A DNA stretch of 64,000 bases from Sporopachydermia quercuum (GCA_001599295.1 BCGN01000007.1:198433-262432); one strand, 5' to 3'. Counted from the stretch's first letter, positions 1 to 14,144 are shown. Numbers and translations are program-made. The notes: generated by a model not told the origin, from the sequence alone.

Positions 1-269
1 CTGCAACGACCAAAATTTACTGATACTGCACTCATCTGTTAAATCAGGCATCACAAATTCACAAATTCACAACTCATCCATCAACTTGTTCTAATATCTG
101 TTACTGCTATTTCTGCTGCATAAACTATCATTGATATCAGATCATATAACCGTTTGAATCAACCTCAACCTCAATTTCAATCTCAACTTTNACTCAATTG
201 AATTTCAATTCATTATTCAGGTACTCAATTATTAATGAAAGACTTCCATTGCATTAATCAAGATTTAAA

Positions 270-3200
270 ATGTCTTCATCGTGTGATGGCGATGCCTATA
301 TTCATAATCTAGCGGCATTTATAAGAACCAATGAACGTCAAGTAAGTATTTTACTGCTCTTGCTCTTGTTAATATTATCATTGTTAATATTGTTATTTTT
401 ATTATTTTTAATATGTATTATCAACATATTTCAAGTAACTCATGGACTAACTATCATTCTAGCTTGCTAATGCTTTAATGGCATCCAGAAGAAACACTCA
501 ATCCAATAATTCAAGGCTATCACGACAAATACCAATCAGCATAAAACCAGTTAGATTATCCTTATCCTTACACCATCTATTCTATCTTTTATCAAGATTT
601 CAAGACCTACAAGACCTCAACATTTCATCAATTGGCCCTATGAACATAAGACTTGAAAACATTCATAATGACGATGCACCTCTAAACTACGTTTCGTTCT
701 TATCTGATCATGCATACCATAAAAGCTTAGCTAGGAATAATAACTCTGATGTTGCTTCAATTCATTCTGTATCTTCCATACGTTCTGTCATGTCCTCGAT
801 GTCTACATTATGGAACGGATTATCAGCAGCTACAGGTGGACTGGTTGGTAATGGTGATGAAAATGCCAAATACGAGAAAGAGATCAAACTGCTTGAAGAA
901 GATATCAAATACATTTATTCTGCTTTCACCAAATTGCCTTGCTTAAGAATTGCTCCTGATTGGAAAGGCAAATTGATAGAAGGCTATGAGGAGTATCCAT
1001 TTGATACAGCTGTACCATTACTAGTGTTTAAGAATCTATCAGTGTTGGAATTAAATGATACAGATTTCAAAGAAGTGTTTGGATGGAATACATTAGCTGA
1101 ACAGCTGAAGTTTCTTATTATCAAACGGGGGAAACTAAGCGATGTGACGGATTTGATATTCCAAGTAATAATTGATGATGCGAATCACAGAACATCGTTT
1201 TCATCACCAATGGCATCAAATGGCCACGGGTCAGTTTCGGGCTGGCATCCTTTTCATAATTCAGGCTCATTTTCTTCCAATAGCCCAGCAATAGGAATGG
1301 GGGTTGGCCAAGGCCTTGATTCAGGCACTGGTTTGAGCTCGACACCGGGAACAGGGATCAGCTTACCTATTAGAAGAAGAACCCGCTCAGGATCTCGTTC
1401 AGGTTCAAAATCCCAGACAGGACTATCTCCTAGTGACAATCTAAACGTTCATTCTGCTTCTGGACATCATAATAACCTGTTATCCAGCAATAACCATCTG
1501 GGTATCAGTGCAAACAATCATTCAAGCTCCTATTTGCCAAATTCCTTGCCTTCCAACCCGGAAAGAAATTATTATAACTATACCAATCTTAATACCAGTA
1601 CGCCACTAATTCATTCCATCAATAACCACCAGGCAAACACTTCTGAAGAATACGATTCATTCAACCGTTCCAGCGTTGCAAATAGCAAATTCAATAAATC
1701 TCCCAGTGCTATTACTTTGTCTGGTTATTCTGCCCATAAGGTTAACTCTTCTATTGATCGGTCGGGGAGCCAGAAGTCAACACACTCAGGCAATTCGAAC
1801 CGCTCACATCGTTCAGGACGATCCACTCGTTCAGACTCTTGTTCGTCATTATCTTCTACCAATTCAAACACAATTCTTTCACAGCAACAGCAACAACAGA
1901 ATACGTCTAACGAGGAGCTGACTTCATACTTCACTGTTCCAAACCATTTACACTTATCGTCAACAAAATGGAGATTCCTGAAGCATTTATCTCTTGCAGA
2001 AAACCAGTTGAAAGGCATCACAGACTATTCATTTATTCCCTTGATTGATTCATTGACATCGTTGGATTTATCCCACAACGAGCTCACCGGAATCCCACTG
2101 GCAATTACCGTTCTTTCAAACTTGAAATCACTAAATTTGTCTTATAACAGGCTGACTGATCTATCAATTGAATCATCAGCATCAGTCTTAGGATCAGCAT
2201 TGGGACCTACGAGTTCTGAGGTATTGGTATCGAATGACAACAATGGCAACAAGGAATTTAATAGTCAACTTAGTAATATTACCCCGTTGACTACACTAGC
2301 TAGTATCAATTTAAGAGGTAACCATTTGGCTAATATCGATGATGTTGGCATATTTCCCAATATTGAAAAGATAGACTTAAGAGAGAACAACTTTGAAGTA
2401 ATGGAGGATTTGAACGGATTCAAGCAGTTGAAATGTGTTACAGCTATTTGGATTGCTGGTAATACTATCGCCAAGAGAGGTCATGGTGGATGGGTCAGGC
2501 AGAGCAAAGGGGTCAAAGAAGACAGTAGCAATAGTGGTAGCATTAGCATTGGCAATAGCAGTAGTAGAAATGTTAGTGATGGCTCCATTAAAAGCAGTAC
2601 TACGTCAAGTACTACTACAGCTAGAGCTAGAGGTAGTAGCAGTAGTAACACCGGTGTTACTGCTAATGCTAGAGGCCATTCCAGTACTATTGGGTTTGTT
2701 TCTGTTGGTGATACACCTAGCTCAACAGTAAATGAAACACCAACACTATCAACTTCTAAGCTCATCAAAAACGCCTTGCTTTTCAACCATAGAATTGAAT
2801 TATTTAATCTATTCAGATCGTTATCTGGATATAAAAAGGACATTCAAATCGATGGATCAGGTCCTGGTTTATTTGAACAGAGATACCTTTTGGATAGAAC
2901 AAAAGCCATTCAGAGTCGGATTAAAAAAGAAGAGGAAGAACAACGAGCAGCAGAAGCAGAAGCGAATGCAATAATAGCGGTTGAACTAGAAGAAGAGAAA
3001 CTTAAAGAGTTGAAAGAACTCCATGATACCAACAGTTCTAGCAATGAGATAAATGCTAATGAGACCACAAATGAGACTGCCAATACTGCTGCAAATGCAA
3101 GTGAACAGATAAATATTGTTGAGGGAAAAAGTGTAGTAAATGAAGATCAGACTGCGATTGATTCTGCGATTGATTCTTCTAATTTAAGGAAAAGTCTGTT

Positions 3201-3703
3201 GATAGCAACTACTAGCAGATCCAGTGCTTCGTCTTCAACAACGACCATCACTGCGTTGGCTAATCAAACTGTTATTGATAAAGCAGCAGAAACTAGGACC
3301 ATTACTAGTGTTAGTGCTAGTGGTGATAGTAATTCTAATTCTAACATAAACGAGCCATCAAGTAGTGGGAATGAAGATAATGCAACAAAGACAACAAATA
3401 ATAACAGTGGTTCAATCAAATTAAATAAACCTCAATCTCAATCCCAATCTCAGTCTCAATCTCAACAGAGTCTGCAGCTAAACCTCGAAAGAAGAATTTC
3501 TGATCAATCAACAAATTCGTTTTCATTGCTGATTAATAAAGAACAACTAACAGAGGCTATTAATTCACAACTTCCCTCACCTGATAAAGAGAATATAAGA
3601 CCACCAATGACAGGAGGATATATTTATGATATAAAAGATGGAGTTGGAATAAATTTGGTTAATAGCAGTGCTGATAGTTCTAACGATGGCAATATTGATG
3701 ACA

Positions 3704-3757
<54 letters not shown>

Positions 3758-3837
3758 GTAATAGTAATGTTAATGGTAATAGTGGTAATATTATTACTAA
3801 TTGTTGTATTGCTACTCATGCTAATGAAGGATTGTGA
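270..3837 (+). CDS. Leucine-rich-repeat protein with long Ser/Asn-rich low-complexity regions (2 exons: 270-341, 463-3837)
   Basis: Exon 1 (MSSSCDGDAYIHNLAAFIRTNERQ) ends at a GTAAGT donor at 342; branch GACTAAC 445-451; TAG acceptor 460-462. Splicing joins in frame (LANALM) to the 1119-aa ORF. LRR motifs: LKHLSLAENQL, LTSLDLSHNEL, LKSLNLSYNRL, IEKIDLRENNF. Confidence 0.8.
3709..3756 (+). repeat. (AAT)16 microsatellite encoding poly-Asn
   Basis: Perfect AAT run inside the 3' end of the LRR gene. Confidence 0.95.
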
Positions 3838-5558
3838 ACTGTTCTCTTTACTATTTTCAAATGTACATTTAGTATATGTTATTGAAGTTATGTATATATA
3901 ATACAATAGTATGATTATAATAGCTCGTAATTTAGAATAAACATTTGACGCTCAATTGATAGTGAAACAAATAGAGAACATAGTAAGCATATTTAGCTCA
4001 GTCAATTGATTGAAAAACGAAGAAATCAAATAATGTTGTAACAAGGTGAAGCTATGATTTGCTCCAGTTAGCTGGATTGGCTTTGAATGCCATTGTCAAT
4101 TTCGTAATACTGCAATGTAACCAGATAAGGTTGTATCGTATTAATATTTTTCACTGATAACAGTTACATAGTATCACTAGGAGATATTGTTAATATTAGC
4201 GGTATTAACAATATTAAACTGATTCAATATCATTACCGTTAACCGAGAAGTTATATATCACTCAGTTAATCAACAACAAATACCCAGTAATCAACTACTG
4301 ATGAATAAAAAATGCGGAAAGGTTGTAATACATTTGTTAAACGCATTATTTCATTTTAGCCTTCACTTGCTTTTCAAGTTCCTTTTTCAATGGTCAATTC
4401 AATAAATAGAGAGGAAATGTAAAGATGAGAGCGATATAATAATTACCAAAACATTGATCGGAGATAAGTTAAAGTTAAGAGAATAAGTAAAAAGTTAATT
4501 AGAGTTAATAAACTGGCTAAAGCTAATAATGCTATGGGAAACGCTAATGTGGATTTGATGAGAATATGAGAGACGTAGAAGCAAGTGTTCAAGGCACAGC
4601 AATACAAGGATACAACGGATTACGAAAATTGAAGTGTGGGGTTGATGAAATGCTTTTGTTTTATGGTCTTATAATGATTTTATTACTGTTAATGAAGTAG
4701 ATCAATTGTTTGTACTCTATTACTAGGGCACGAATGCAGATAAAGCATATCTTTTGAAAAGCTAAATAATTATCGCTTAATTTGGCCTCAATGAGTATAA
4801 TATATGGCCTTATAGATCCATGATGTTAATGGCTTCGCTTATGAGGTTTTAGTATAAAATAGGATATCTGCAAATTATCATACTACTATTACACTGCTAT
4901 GCATACTACTATGATTATCACAACAAAGAGCACCCAATTAGTGTTCTTTTCTTTCTGATATTTCCTTTCTTTAATGGTATCACAGTATTCTTACTATCTT
5001 CCTGCAACATACCTGCACAACTGTTAAACGTTAACTCTTTTACAGAAAATCTCCAAACCTTACCAAGGTAATCTTCATTTCCTTCCTAAAGAGGTTAATC
5101 AGTGAATAATGTTGATGTATCGCGGGAACTTTATCTAATAAGTTTCTTGCTTTCATATCGTATCTTCTAACGACATAGTTACTTTGGAGTGTCTAGAGTA
5201 TTATCTTACTTAATGTAGAATATTTATAACTACTTGTTATGGTTAACAAAATTTGAATAATGCACAAAAAATGCTTAACTGACGTGAAAATCATCACATT
5301 GTAAGTTACACGCTGTACATGTCACTGCATATGTTTGAATAGTTATGCACTATCATCTGNGATTTTATGATGGAATAACTATTTAAACGATTGGAAATCC
5401 TGTTAATTCTACAAGATGTGTCATTAGTTTATTTAGACATTTTTAATATCTATTTGTTTCTTGAATCCACCAAGCTTACTATTGTGAACAGTTCATCAAC
5501 TATTTAGTACTTTATTTCTTCTACTTGATAAGTAAACAGTATTGTCCTACCTTCGATC

Positions 5559-6587
5559 ATGGTTCCAACAATCTCAAAAACCATTGGACATGGTTTCAAA
5601 ATCCTCGACGATGGTACTATGGAGTATCCAGTTACCAAATCAACCAAACCTGTTCCAAAACTCACCCTTGAGGATTTAACTATCCAAGATCCAGCTGACG
5701 TTGAAAAGATCTTAGAAAAAATCGAAGTCTATGGTGGTTGTATCGTCAAAAACTACCTTCCTGAAGATGTTCTTGATAAAGTCTATGAAGAAGTCAAACC
5801 AACTCTTGATCAAGATAGAGCTTGGGATGGTACTTTCTTCCCTCCTGAGACTAGAAGATGTATGGCTACAGCCTCTAAGTCTAGAACTGCTGCTGAGAAG
5901 ATCATCAATCATCCTCTTAATGTTGGCGCTTCTCATAAGATATTAGGTAAGGAAAATGTTTTCTGGATTGGTGAGAAGTTATCCCGTGGCTACTCCGCAC
6001 CACAATATAACTCTTGCATCACATTCAGAATTGGACCCGGTGCCAAAGATCAAGTCTTACACAGAGATGATATGTTGCACCATACAATCAATCCCCATTC
6101 TGATGAATACGTCTATGGTAGAGATACGGCATTAGGTACCGCAGTGGCTTTAACTAAGTGTACCAAGGCTAACGGTGCCACAAGATTCATTCCCACTTCT
6201 CATTTATGGGATTGCGCTAGAAAACCTTCAGAAGAGGAATGCGTTTATGCTGAATTAGAGAAAGGAGACTGCTTATTTATGTTGGCATCTTGTTATCATG
6301 CTGGTAGTGCTAATACTACTAAAGATGAATTTAGAACTGTCACTATCACTTTCATGACTCAAGGAACCATGAGACAAGAGGAAAATATCTTCTTAACTGC
6401 TGACAGAGATTACTTCAAGTCTTTGTCAGATGATACGTTGAAGCTTATGGGATGGTCAGTTTCCCAACCATTCTGCGGTTGGGTTGATTTGAAGGACCCA
6501 TTGTTGTTATTGAAACCTGAAGTGAAAACTGAGGGTAATGATGATGTTTACGATAAGGACTTCGTTGCTGTTCCAGCAAAGGCCTAA
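5559..6587 (+). CDS. Phytanoyl-CoA dioxygenase (PhyH)-family Fe(II)/2-oxoglutarate dioxygenase
   Basis: 342-aa ORF with IGPGAKDQVLHRDD (HxD), TKANGATRFIPTSHLW, YHAGSANTT (distal His) and RQEEN motifs. Confidence 0.85.
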   Translation: MVPTISKTIGHGFKILDDGTMEYPVTKSTKPVPKLTLEDLTIQDPADVEKILEKIEVYGGCIVKNYLPEDVLDKVYEEVKPTLDQDRAWDGTFFPPETRRCMATASKSRTAAEKIINHPLNVGASHKILGKENVFWIGEKLSRGYSAPQYNSCITFRIGPGAKDQVLHRDDMLHHTINPHSDEYVYGRDTALGTAVALTKCTKANGATRFIPTSHLWDCARKPSEEECVYAELEKGDCLFMLASCYHAGSANTTKDEFRTVTITFMTQGTMRQEENIFLTADRDYFKSLSDDTLKLMGWSVSQPFCGWVDLKDPLLLLKPEVKTEGNDDVYDKDFVAVPAKA

Positions 6588-7809
6588 TGAGGTGATAGAT
6601 TTGAAAGTGAATTTCTATTTTAGAATCGGCAATTGATTTGTTGGTTCGACTCTTTGACTTTATTGTTTTTCTTTATTATTTTGTTTGATTTACTGTTAGG
6701 AGGTTGTGTTACATAGTTATATAATTATATAGTTAATATCGATTATTAATGAATATATAGAGATTCGCGTATTGTAAATTACTAAATAAGCAGACGACAT
6801 GAATTCATATAAAGATCTTATAGATGAAGCCAATATTGTTATATTTGAAAGGCTTGCCACATTGTTTTCTCAATAATAGATAACTACTGTTGGTATTGCT
6901 AGCCTGTTGACTGATATTCTTTATATATAGATAGAAGGTTTGAACCCATTATTTACAATGGCAACTATCATAACTCCACCAACAATCCACCAACAAGTGA
7001 TATCTTATCACATACAAGCTTTCAATGTATTCCTCTACTTTATTCATTACCGCATTCGATTTATATCTACTAATTACATTCACTTTCCCTATTTTTAAAT
7101 CAAATTGAACCAAAAATCAAACAATATTCCCACTTTTCAATCATACATGATCAACAAGCAGGGGCAACAACAAACAACACATCAACTAAATAAACAACGA
7201 ACAAATAAGATGGGTTAATGCTGTTTATGAAGANAACAAAATATTAATATCAAAATCACGAATAGAATAGAACTTATATTGATTTCAAATTTTTCTTAAA
7301 NTGTGTAATTTATTTCTCGTTTTGCCTTTTTATTTTTCACAATATATAGTATCTTATTTCAGTCAAATCGACCTTCTAGTTATTGTGTTCTTGTAAACCC
7401 ATCGAGTTCACTTTGGTGATAGTGCCACAATTGATGTCAAATTGTTGAGTGAATCACACGATCTGAACGCGTATAGTTGAATTGATTGATTTTATGATTG
7501 AATTTGAAGATATTTGGCTCTTTTGTTCTATTCATCTAGTTTGAAAATGATGCCGTAGTTAATTTATTACATGTTTCTATATATATGTATATTGATTTCA
7601 TTTGGATATTTTCCTCCTTTTCACCAATGGCTTTACACTACTTGTAGTGTAATACTTTCTATCAAATCGATACAATAAAATATAATACAATATATTAATC
7701 ATATGAATATCAAATACAGTAAAAAGGTAAAATGAAAAAATGTCTAACTAAATACCGAACAACCAACCTCAATAAAACACGTAAACCACTCAGCTCTTCA
7801 TATTCGTAA

Positions 7810-9507
7810 TCATCGAAGTTTCTCACTCTCTCCACTGAATTCCCCTTGGCTGTCATCAGGAACAACTGATGAATCTTTCCTTATCGAATTAGTTTTGGTA
7901 TTGTTATTACTATTATTATCACTCACATAGTTCTCTCCATCTTCATAATCACTTTGTCTTGGTCCAAATCCATTTATAATATTACCATCATTATATCCAT
8001 CATGATTATATCCATCATGATTATACCCATCAGGATTATACCCATCATCAGGCTTCTCACGTAAACTATTAGCAGAATTCACATAAGCCATTGCAGCTTC
8101 GTGGGCAATATGAAATCTTGCATCGACAATATCACGGATACTTGGACCGAAATCAATTAATCCGTCTTCTGTTTGATATGTGAATTCACCAATCTGAGTC
8201 AAATCAGTTCCTAATGCTTCATTTTCACTATCAAGTCTCAAATGGAAATAAGGAATTCTGTCCATTATCGATAGAATAATACAACTAACAACAAAAGACC
8301 ATGCTAACGTTGAAGTAGCAGCTGCCAATTGATATCCCAATTGAATATAATGGTGGTTAATCCATCCACCTTTTATAACAGTGTATCCATCTAACGCAGC
8401 AATATAATCAGCGGCAAACAGACCGGTTAGTACACTACCAACAAAACCACCAACGGCATGAATAGCGAAAACATCCATGCCGTCGTCAATCTTGAACATC
8501 ACTTTCAAATCTACTGCTAAATTGCATATAATACCACCTAAAGTACCAATGACTACAGTGAAATATACTGGAACATAACCAGCAGCTGGGGTTATAGCTA
8601 CAAGGCCAGCCACAGCACCCGAACAAAGGCCAACTGTAGTCCATTTTCTACCTGAACGGAAATAGTCAACTAGCATCCAACTTATAGATGCACAGGATGC
8701 TGATAGATTAGTGTTGACAATAGCATAGAACCCTCTTAAGGAAGCATTTCCAGCAGAGCCACCGTTGAATCCAAACCAGCCAAACCAAAGGAATACGGTA
8801 CCAAATACTACTGATGTTACTGAATGAGGCCTATATTTGGGCATACCAGTGTCAGTGGTAGGATCATGTCTTTTGCCAGCAATGAAAGCGTAAGCAAGAG
8901 CTCCAGCCCCGCTTGTCATATGAACAGGACCGCCACCAGCAAAGTCCAGTGATCCAAGAGTATTCAGCCAACCATTGGCATTCCATGTCCAACAAGCAAT
9001 TGGGCAATAAACTATGGTTATCCAAATAAATAAATAACACATCATAGGACCTAATCGTACTCTTTCGCAGGCTCCACCAAGCATTAGCATCCCTGTAACG
9101 CAAGCAAACATTCCTTGATAAAAGGCAAATACGATATCTGGAATCGCCTCAGAGGTATCTGATGGAGCTGCCAAAACGTCCATCAAGCAGAAATTTGTTA
9201 GCGTACCAAGAAATGAATGGGCATCATGAGCAAATGTTAATGAATAACCCCAGAAGAACCATTGGAAAGATATAACTGATATTGCCATAATTGAAGCCCA
9301 TAGCAAAGATAAAGCATGCTTTTTCCTTGCTAGACCTGAATAAAGTAATCCAATTCCTGGAACCATTAGCCAGACAATACAACCTGAAGACATCACCCAC
9401 ACAAGGTTAGCTAGGTTATATGGAGTGTTTAAATTAGTTGTTAGAGAGTCACCCCCTGTTCCTCCCGTTGTGAAACCAGGAGGAAATGTTGTTAAAATGT
9501 AGCTCAT
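7810..9507 (-). CDS. MEP2: Ammonium transporter (Amt/Mep), Mep2-type twin-His
   Basis: 565 aa, multiple TM segments. DFAGGGPVH carries His at the first twin position (Mep1/Mep3 have Glu); also LWFGWFGFNGGS and DDGMDVFAIH. Confidence 0.85.
   Translation of the reverse strand: MSYILTTFPPGFTTGGTGGDSLTTNLNTPYNLANLVWVMSSGCIVWLMVPGIGLLYSGLARKKHALSLLWASIMAISVISFQWFFWGYSLTFAHDAHSFLGTLTNFCLMDVLAAPSDTSEAIPDIVFAFYQGMFACVTGMLMLGGACERVRLGPMMCYLFIWITIVYCPIACWTWNANGWLNTLGSLDFAGGGPVHMTSGAGALAYAFIAGKRHDPTTDTGMPKYRPHSVTSVVFGTVFLWFGWFGFNGGSAGNASLRGFYAIVNTNLSASCASISWMLVDYFRSGRKWTTVGLCSGAVAGLVAITPAAGYVPVYFTVVIGTLGGIICNLAVDLKVMFKIDDGMDVFAIHAVGGFVGSVLTGLFAADYIAALDGYTVIKGGWINHHYIQLGYQLAAATSTLAWSFVVSCIILSIMDRIPYFHLRLDSENEALGTDLTQIGEFTYQTEDGLIDFGPSIRDIVDARFHIAHEAAMAYVNSANSLREKPDDGYNPDGYNHDGYNHDGYNDGNIINGFGPRQSDYEDGENYVSDNNSNNNTKTNSIRKDSSVVPDDSQGEFSGESEKLR
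7985..8047 (-). repeat. 15-bp coding tandem repeat (DGYNP/DGYNH x4) in the Mep C-terminal tail
   Basis: Plus-strand units ttatatccatcatga / ttatacccatcagga; translation DGYNPDGYNHDGYNHDGYND. Confidence 0.85.
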
Positions 9508-11862
9508 TAGTTAAAGATTTATTTACGGTAGATATTGTTGATGTTGGCGATAATGATAATGATATAGAATCAGTGTTATGTCGAGACTGAGAATCTATTG
9601 AAAATATGTTCAAATGATTCTTGACAGTACAAGATTATTTTCTAGTTGTTCCGTGCAAAGCGTCTGTTTATGTTGTTGATTCTTTCCCACTGAACGTGAA
9701 ATATTACTGTTTACTTATCAGTTTGATTTCCAGCTAATGTTTTCCGTTCCCTTATTACGATTCAAGCCGAAGTTTTCATTTGCTGTCTAATAATTTACTG
9801 ACTTAATGGAAAATCCGCTTACTTCAATTCAATCCTCTTCAATGTTCTTTTATTTGATTGAAATTTCTGTTCATGTGGTTTTCTTCCTTCAGTTGTATTA
9901 TACCAAATTCCAATAAATAACCAATTCAATCAAAAGTTAAGAGCAGTTGATGTAAAACAATTTCTTCTATCTACCTGAAGAGCATGTTATAATAGCTAAT
10001 CTCAACCGGCAGTTTTTTCCTTTTAAAACGAGAACAAATATATTACCGCAATCACCAGACCGATGAATTATTATATTGTTCTATTATATCAAGTTTCAGC
10101 ACACTCTAAGTGAATTTGTTTGTATTACTCAACATGCATGCCACTCATTTATTATTTCTGGTTGCTCACATTGGAACATTTTATGATATGAAAAGGAAGC
10201 TAAACTAAAAGCCACGCAGTATTACCTTTTCAGGAGTAAGGTTTAGATAAGGTTAATGTTAAATTGCATGGAGGATGCATGAGAGATGCATGGAACTGCT
10301 GACAGCGATAGGAGAGATGCTGTGGTTGGATTGGATGCTATTGGAAATAGAAATTGAAAGTTCTATTAAATTTATATGTTATAGAGAATAATAATTTGGG
10401 AATCTTTTTGATAGCGGTGTGGTGTGGTGGATTTGGTCTAGTAGTTAAGAAATAACTAGTATCTCTTTTGTTTACTAGAGTCAAGTCTCAGAAATCCTAA
10501 TTGGGTACATGTTGTTCAGGAATTAACCTGAGATAGTTTTCAGCAAAGAAAAAAAGGGAAAAAAAGAATAACAGTAAGGTAATGAAAGATAAGAACATAA
10601 ATCTGAGTTATGGTTTATTGTGTAACTGAAATATATAAACAAGGTAAAATGGTCAATAGGGACTAAGTTAAGCAATTTCATGGAAAGGAATACCTAACTC
10701 TAGTTTTCTATGTTGAAAAGTTTTCCATGTCTCACTTAATTATCAATTATCATTGGTTGACCTAAGAAGAAGCGATTGCTCATTTCATATATCAGCTATG
10801 GCTATGAGCATGAATATACAATAGAAAAGGAATAAAAATACGTGTTACCCTATTACTTTTTTGAAGGATTAGATGTGAGACTGAGTTTCACCGTGAAGTA
10901 TAATTGAAGAAACTCGGTTTTCGTATTCCTTGCCCAACTCATTGATCACTCTATACCCGGAAAAAAATCAGGTAAACTCTACCGATCGATACATTCAGAT
11001 TTGAATGGGCAACAGTCTGTTAACAGTTTCTTGCATGCGTAGAGAACAATAAATTATGTAGATCTAACGATTTTAACTTGAAAAACAATTGAAAAACGAA
11101 TTGAATTAATGCTTGTACATGAAACGTACAGAAAACTGCATGATTACATTATCATAATGTTTCAGTTAATGATTTATAGTTTGGGCATATCTCTTTTAGC
11201 GAGAAGTTTATAATCACTTTTAGGTAGTTGGATTTATACACCACCTACTATATTTAGATGGTATGATTCATGGAGATGCTCTTATTCATTTGGAAAATTA
11301 CTATAGCCCGAATGTTTGCCAAAACTTAAGAAATCTAGTCTGCCAATCATTATTGGAGTGTGTGTTATTATAGCTTTACAGATTCCCATTCTGTTGACTT
11401 CCAGTGCCGAAACGACCTTATCAGTAGAATAACATTAAAGGGACTCCATTCACTCAACGAATTGGGTTTAAAGTTCAGAATCAATCAAAGTTTCAAATAA
11501 ACCTTATGCAATATTGACGCAGCTATCAACAATATATCGATAGCACTCATCCTAAACATTTTACTTTCCACCGTGTTAGTAACTTTTTGATCAACCAATG
11601 GTTCTATTGCCTTCTAGTTAGTTTTATTAAAAGTTAATGGCAAATATGAAGTATGAAACTATTACCACCTTCTCTATACAAGATGTTCTATTGAGCGATC
11701 AGCAAGCTTTAGAACAAACCTATCAAATCGTTCCTCATGAACTTTGTCTGATCAATCATGATTCCAACCCGATAGACAGCAGCACGGCAATCTCATTAAA
11801 TGAAAAGTCATAATCATAGTATCACCATCACAATCTTACCTTTTCGAAGTGTTGCCAAACAT

Positions 11863-14144
11863 TTATTGTAGCCCCTTTACGATAACAGTCTTCAACCAAC
11901 CGCAGGATACAAATAAATCTTGTGTTTCATTCAACACATCCTGGAACACTTTGCTTATCCTATTCTTTTCTTTTTCACTAGCAAAAATCCCTTCCGAACA
12001 TATAAACGACGTCAAAAGTAGCATCAAACTGCTATTTTGATTATTGCTATCATCACCATTGCGACCACCAGTAGCATTACCACACGAAAGTAACACAGCA
12101 AATTTGATAGACTTATAGCATTTCACATCAATTCCCAAAACTCCGCTTACAGTAATACCTTTAAGTCCTCCAGCTGCTGTTCTTAGTATAGTGAAATTAA
12201 CATAGTTTCTTATTGGCTGGTAGTTGAACTGCGGTGATAAAAATTCCGCTAAAGTCGTTGGCTGTACAACATTTGTTAGATCTTCTTCCGCTGCCAATTC
12301 ATAGCTAGGTTTGTCCTTCTCGTTTTCTGGTTCTTTCATATCTTCATCTCCATCACCATCAACCATTTTACTGACAACACCTGTTAAGCCATCTCCATTA
12401 GTATCATCATTCTCTCTATTATCACCGTCAGCATCGCTATCGAAATTAATATATGGTAATTGGTCTCCTACAATACCATTGAAGTTATCTCTCAGAATAT
12501 TTTTACTAAGAGTGTTCAATAAACTATACATTCTTAGTTCCTTAACAATATCCAACAACTCTTTAGGATGACTTATTGGAAATTCGAGAATTTTGACCAA
12601 ATCGTCCGGTAAATAATTATTGAAATCAACGTTAAACGTAACTGGTTCATATTGCTTTGCTGATGCTTCTCCTTGAACAGGTTCTTCTGCATGGATGTAC
12701 ACTTTCTTGAATTTGAGATGATCGTGTAAGAAAATAGCTTTATATTTATCTTCCAGCAAGTTCTGATTGTCAATAATGCTTTTCTTACTAATAGAATCAC
12801 CATCATTGACTATTTTACTATCCTTCTCAGTAATACAGGTAGCATGAATTTTTTCGGCAAATCGTCTCTCAACATAAATAGGAGGATGAAGAACAAATAT
12901 GAACTCGCTAGCCGGCTTCAGCGCAGATTTATTATTATTGTTGTTAGTACTATTGACGTTATTCTTACTATGGTCGTTGTTGATACCAGTACTAGTGGTA
13001 TTATTATTAGTGCTGTTGCTACTGTTTTCATCTAAATCTTTCTTCTCTTTTGGCCAATACCTTTCGTTAATTGATAAGTCAGAGTTCAATTGGAAATCGT
13101 CCGACAACCAATTGTTTCTATACAACGCTTCCGACACATTACTTATTTCCTTCTTTTTCTTACGCTGATCTTTTTCTCTGACACCAAGATATAGTAAATA
13201 ATGTCTGAGTTCATTTTCATTACACTCAATGTCTATTTCCTCTGTCCAGTACCTTATGGCGAAACCCAATCTTCCATTAAAGTTGCAAACTGGTTGGCCC
13301 CAGCCGAAAAGCCAAGGAGCCTTCAAATCCATGTTTGAAGCGGTAAATCGTTCATATATTCTGAAGTAAACGTGTGAGATTTCGTCTACTGCTAGAAACA
13401 AATCATTCTGATCACTTGAAGGTTTATCTAATCTTGATAGTAGCGCTAGACATGAGCTGAATCTATCAAGCTTCAAAGGTCTATGAGGTTCTGATGAGTT
13501 TATATAATCATCATTAGGATATTTTGTAAGGGTTTCTAATAGCACCTCTTCAGCTCTTGGTGAAATCTCTGATCTAATGAATGAATGTGATATACTTGAT
13601 GGTAAGGTAGTTGAAGCTAATGATATCGAAACCTTTCTAACGTTTCTTGCATTTTTGTCAAGATCTATCTAATTTTTTGTTAGCTATAATGAATTGTAGA
13701 GGGTTATTTGATTGTAGACCAATCTGCTATGCTATAAAGCTTTTGCAATATTTGTTTTCATTGGACTTCTGATTGAACCAATAGAAATTGCCTAGATGTT
13801 CTGAGTATACTTACATCGATAAGAATAATTTTACCAGCCAATGATATTCTCTGATAATCGTCAATCATATCACGAAACACATCTAGTCTAAAGCAGCAGA
13901 CGTGTTAGTATTCATTGGTCCATCTGCTGAGTAATGCATGATAACTTCTTTTCACAGTTCATCCTCCTCTCTACGCTCAGTAGAACACGGACAGCATCTA
14001 TAGTTGCAGATCAACATACCCATATCTAACAGCTAGACGTTGTAAACCATCAGCAGAAACATATCCAGGATCTTGTTGTAAAATCTGAATAATAGTCGTT
14101 AATGGATTGCCATCCATTAGCATTCGTTGTAAAGTAAATGGCAT
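11863..14144 (-). CDS. MED1: Mediator subunit Med1 (3 exons: 14144-14020, 13887-13815, 13668-11863)
   Basis: Intron 14019-13888 (GTATGT, TACTAAC, TAG) and intron 13814-13669 (GTAAGT, GCTAAC, TAG). The spliced N-terminus reads ...GLQRLAVRYGLDVFRD...QRISLAGKIILIDIDLD..., typical of fungal Med1, and is in frame with the 560-aa ORF (LSRLDKPS, GRLGFAIRYW). The start could be a slightly downstream ATG. Confidence 0.75.

Noticed and set aside
270..470. 66-aa ORF with a long hydrophobic (TM-like) run
   Set aside because: It is exon 1 of the LRR gene read through into the T-rich intron 342-462.
3577..3906. Poly-Ile ORFs on both strands
   Set aside because: Alternative-frame readings of the (AAT)16 microsatellite.
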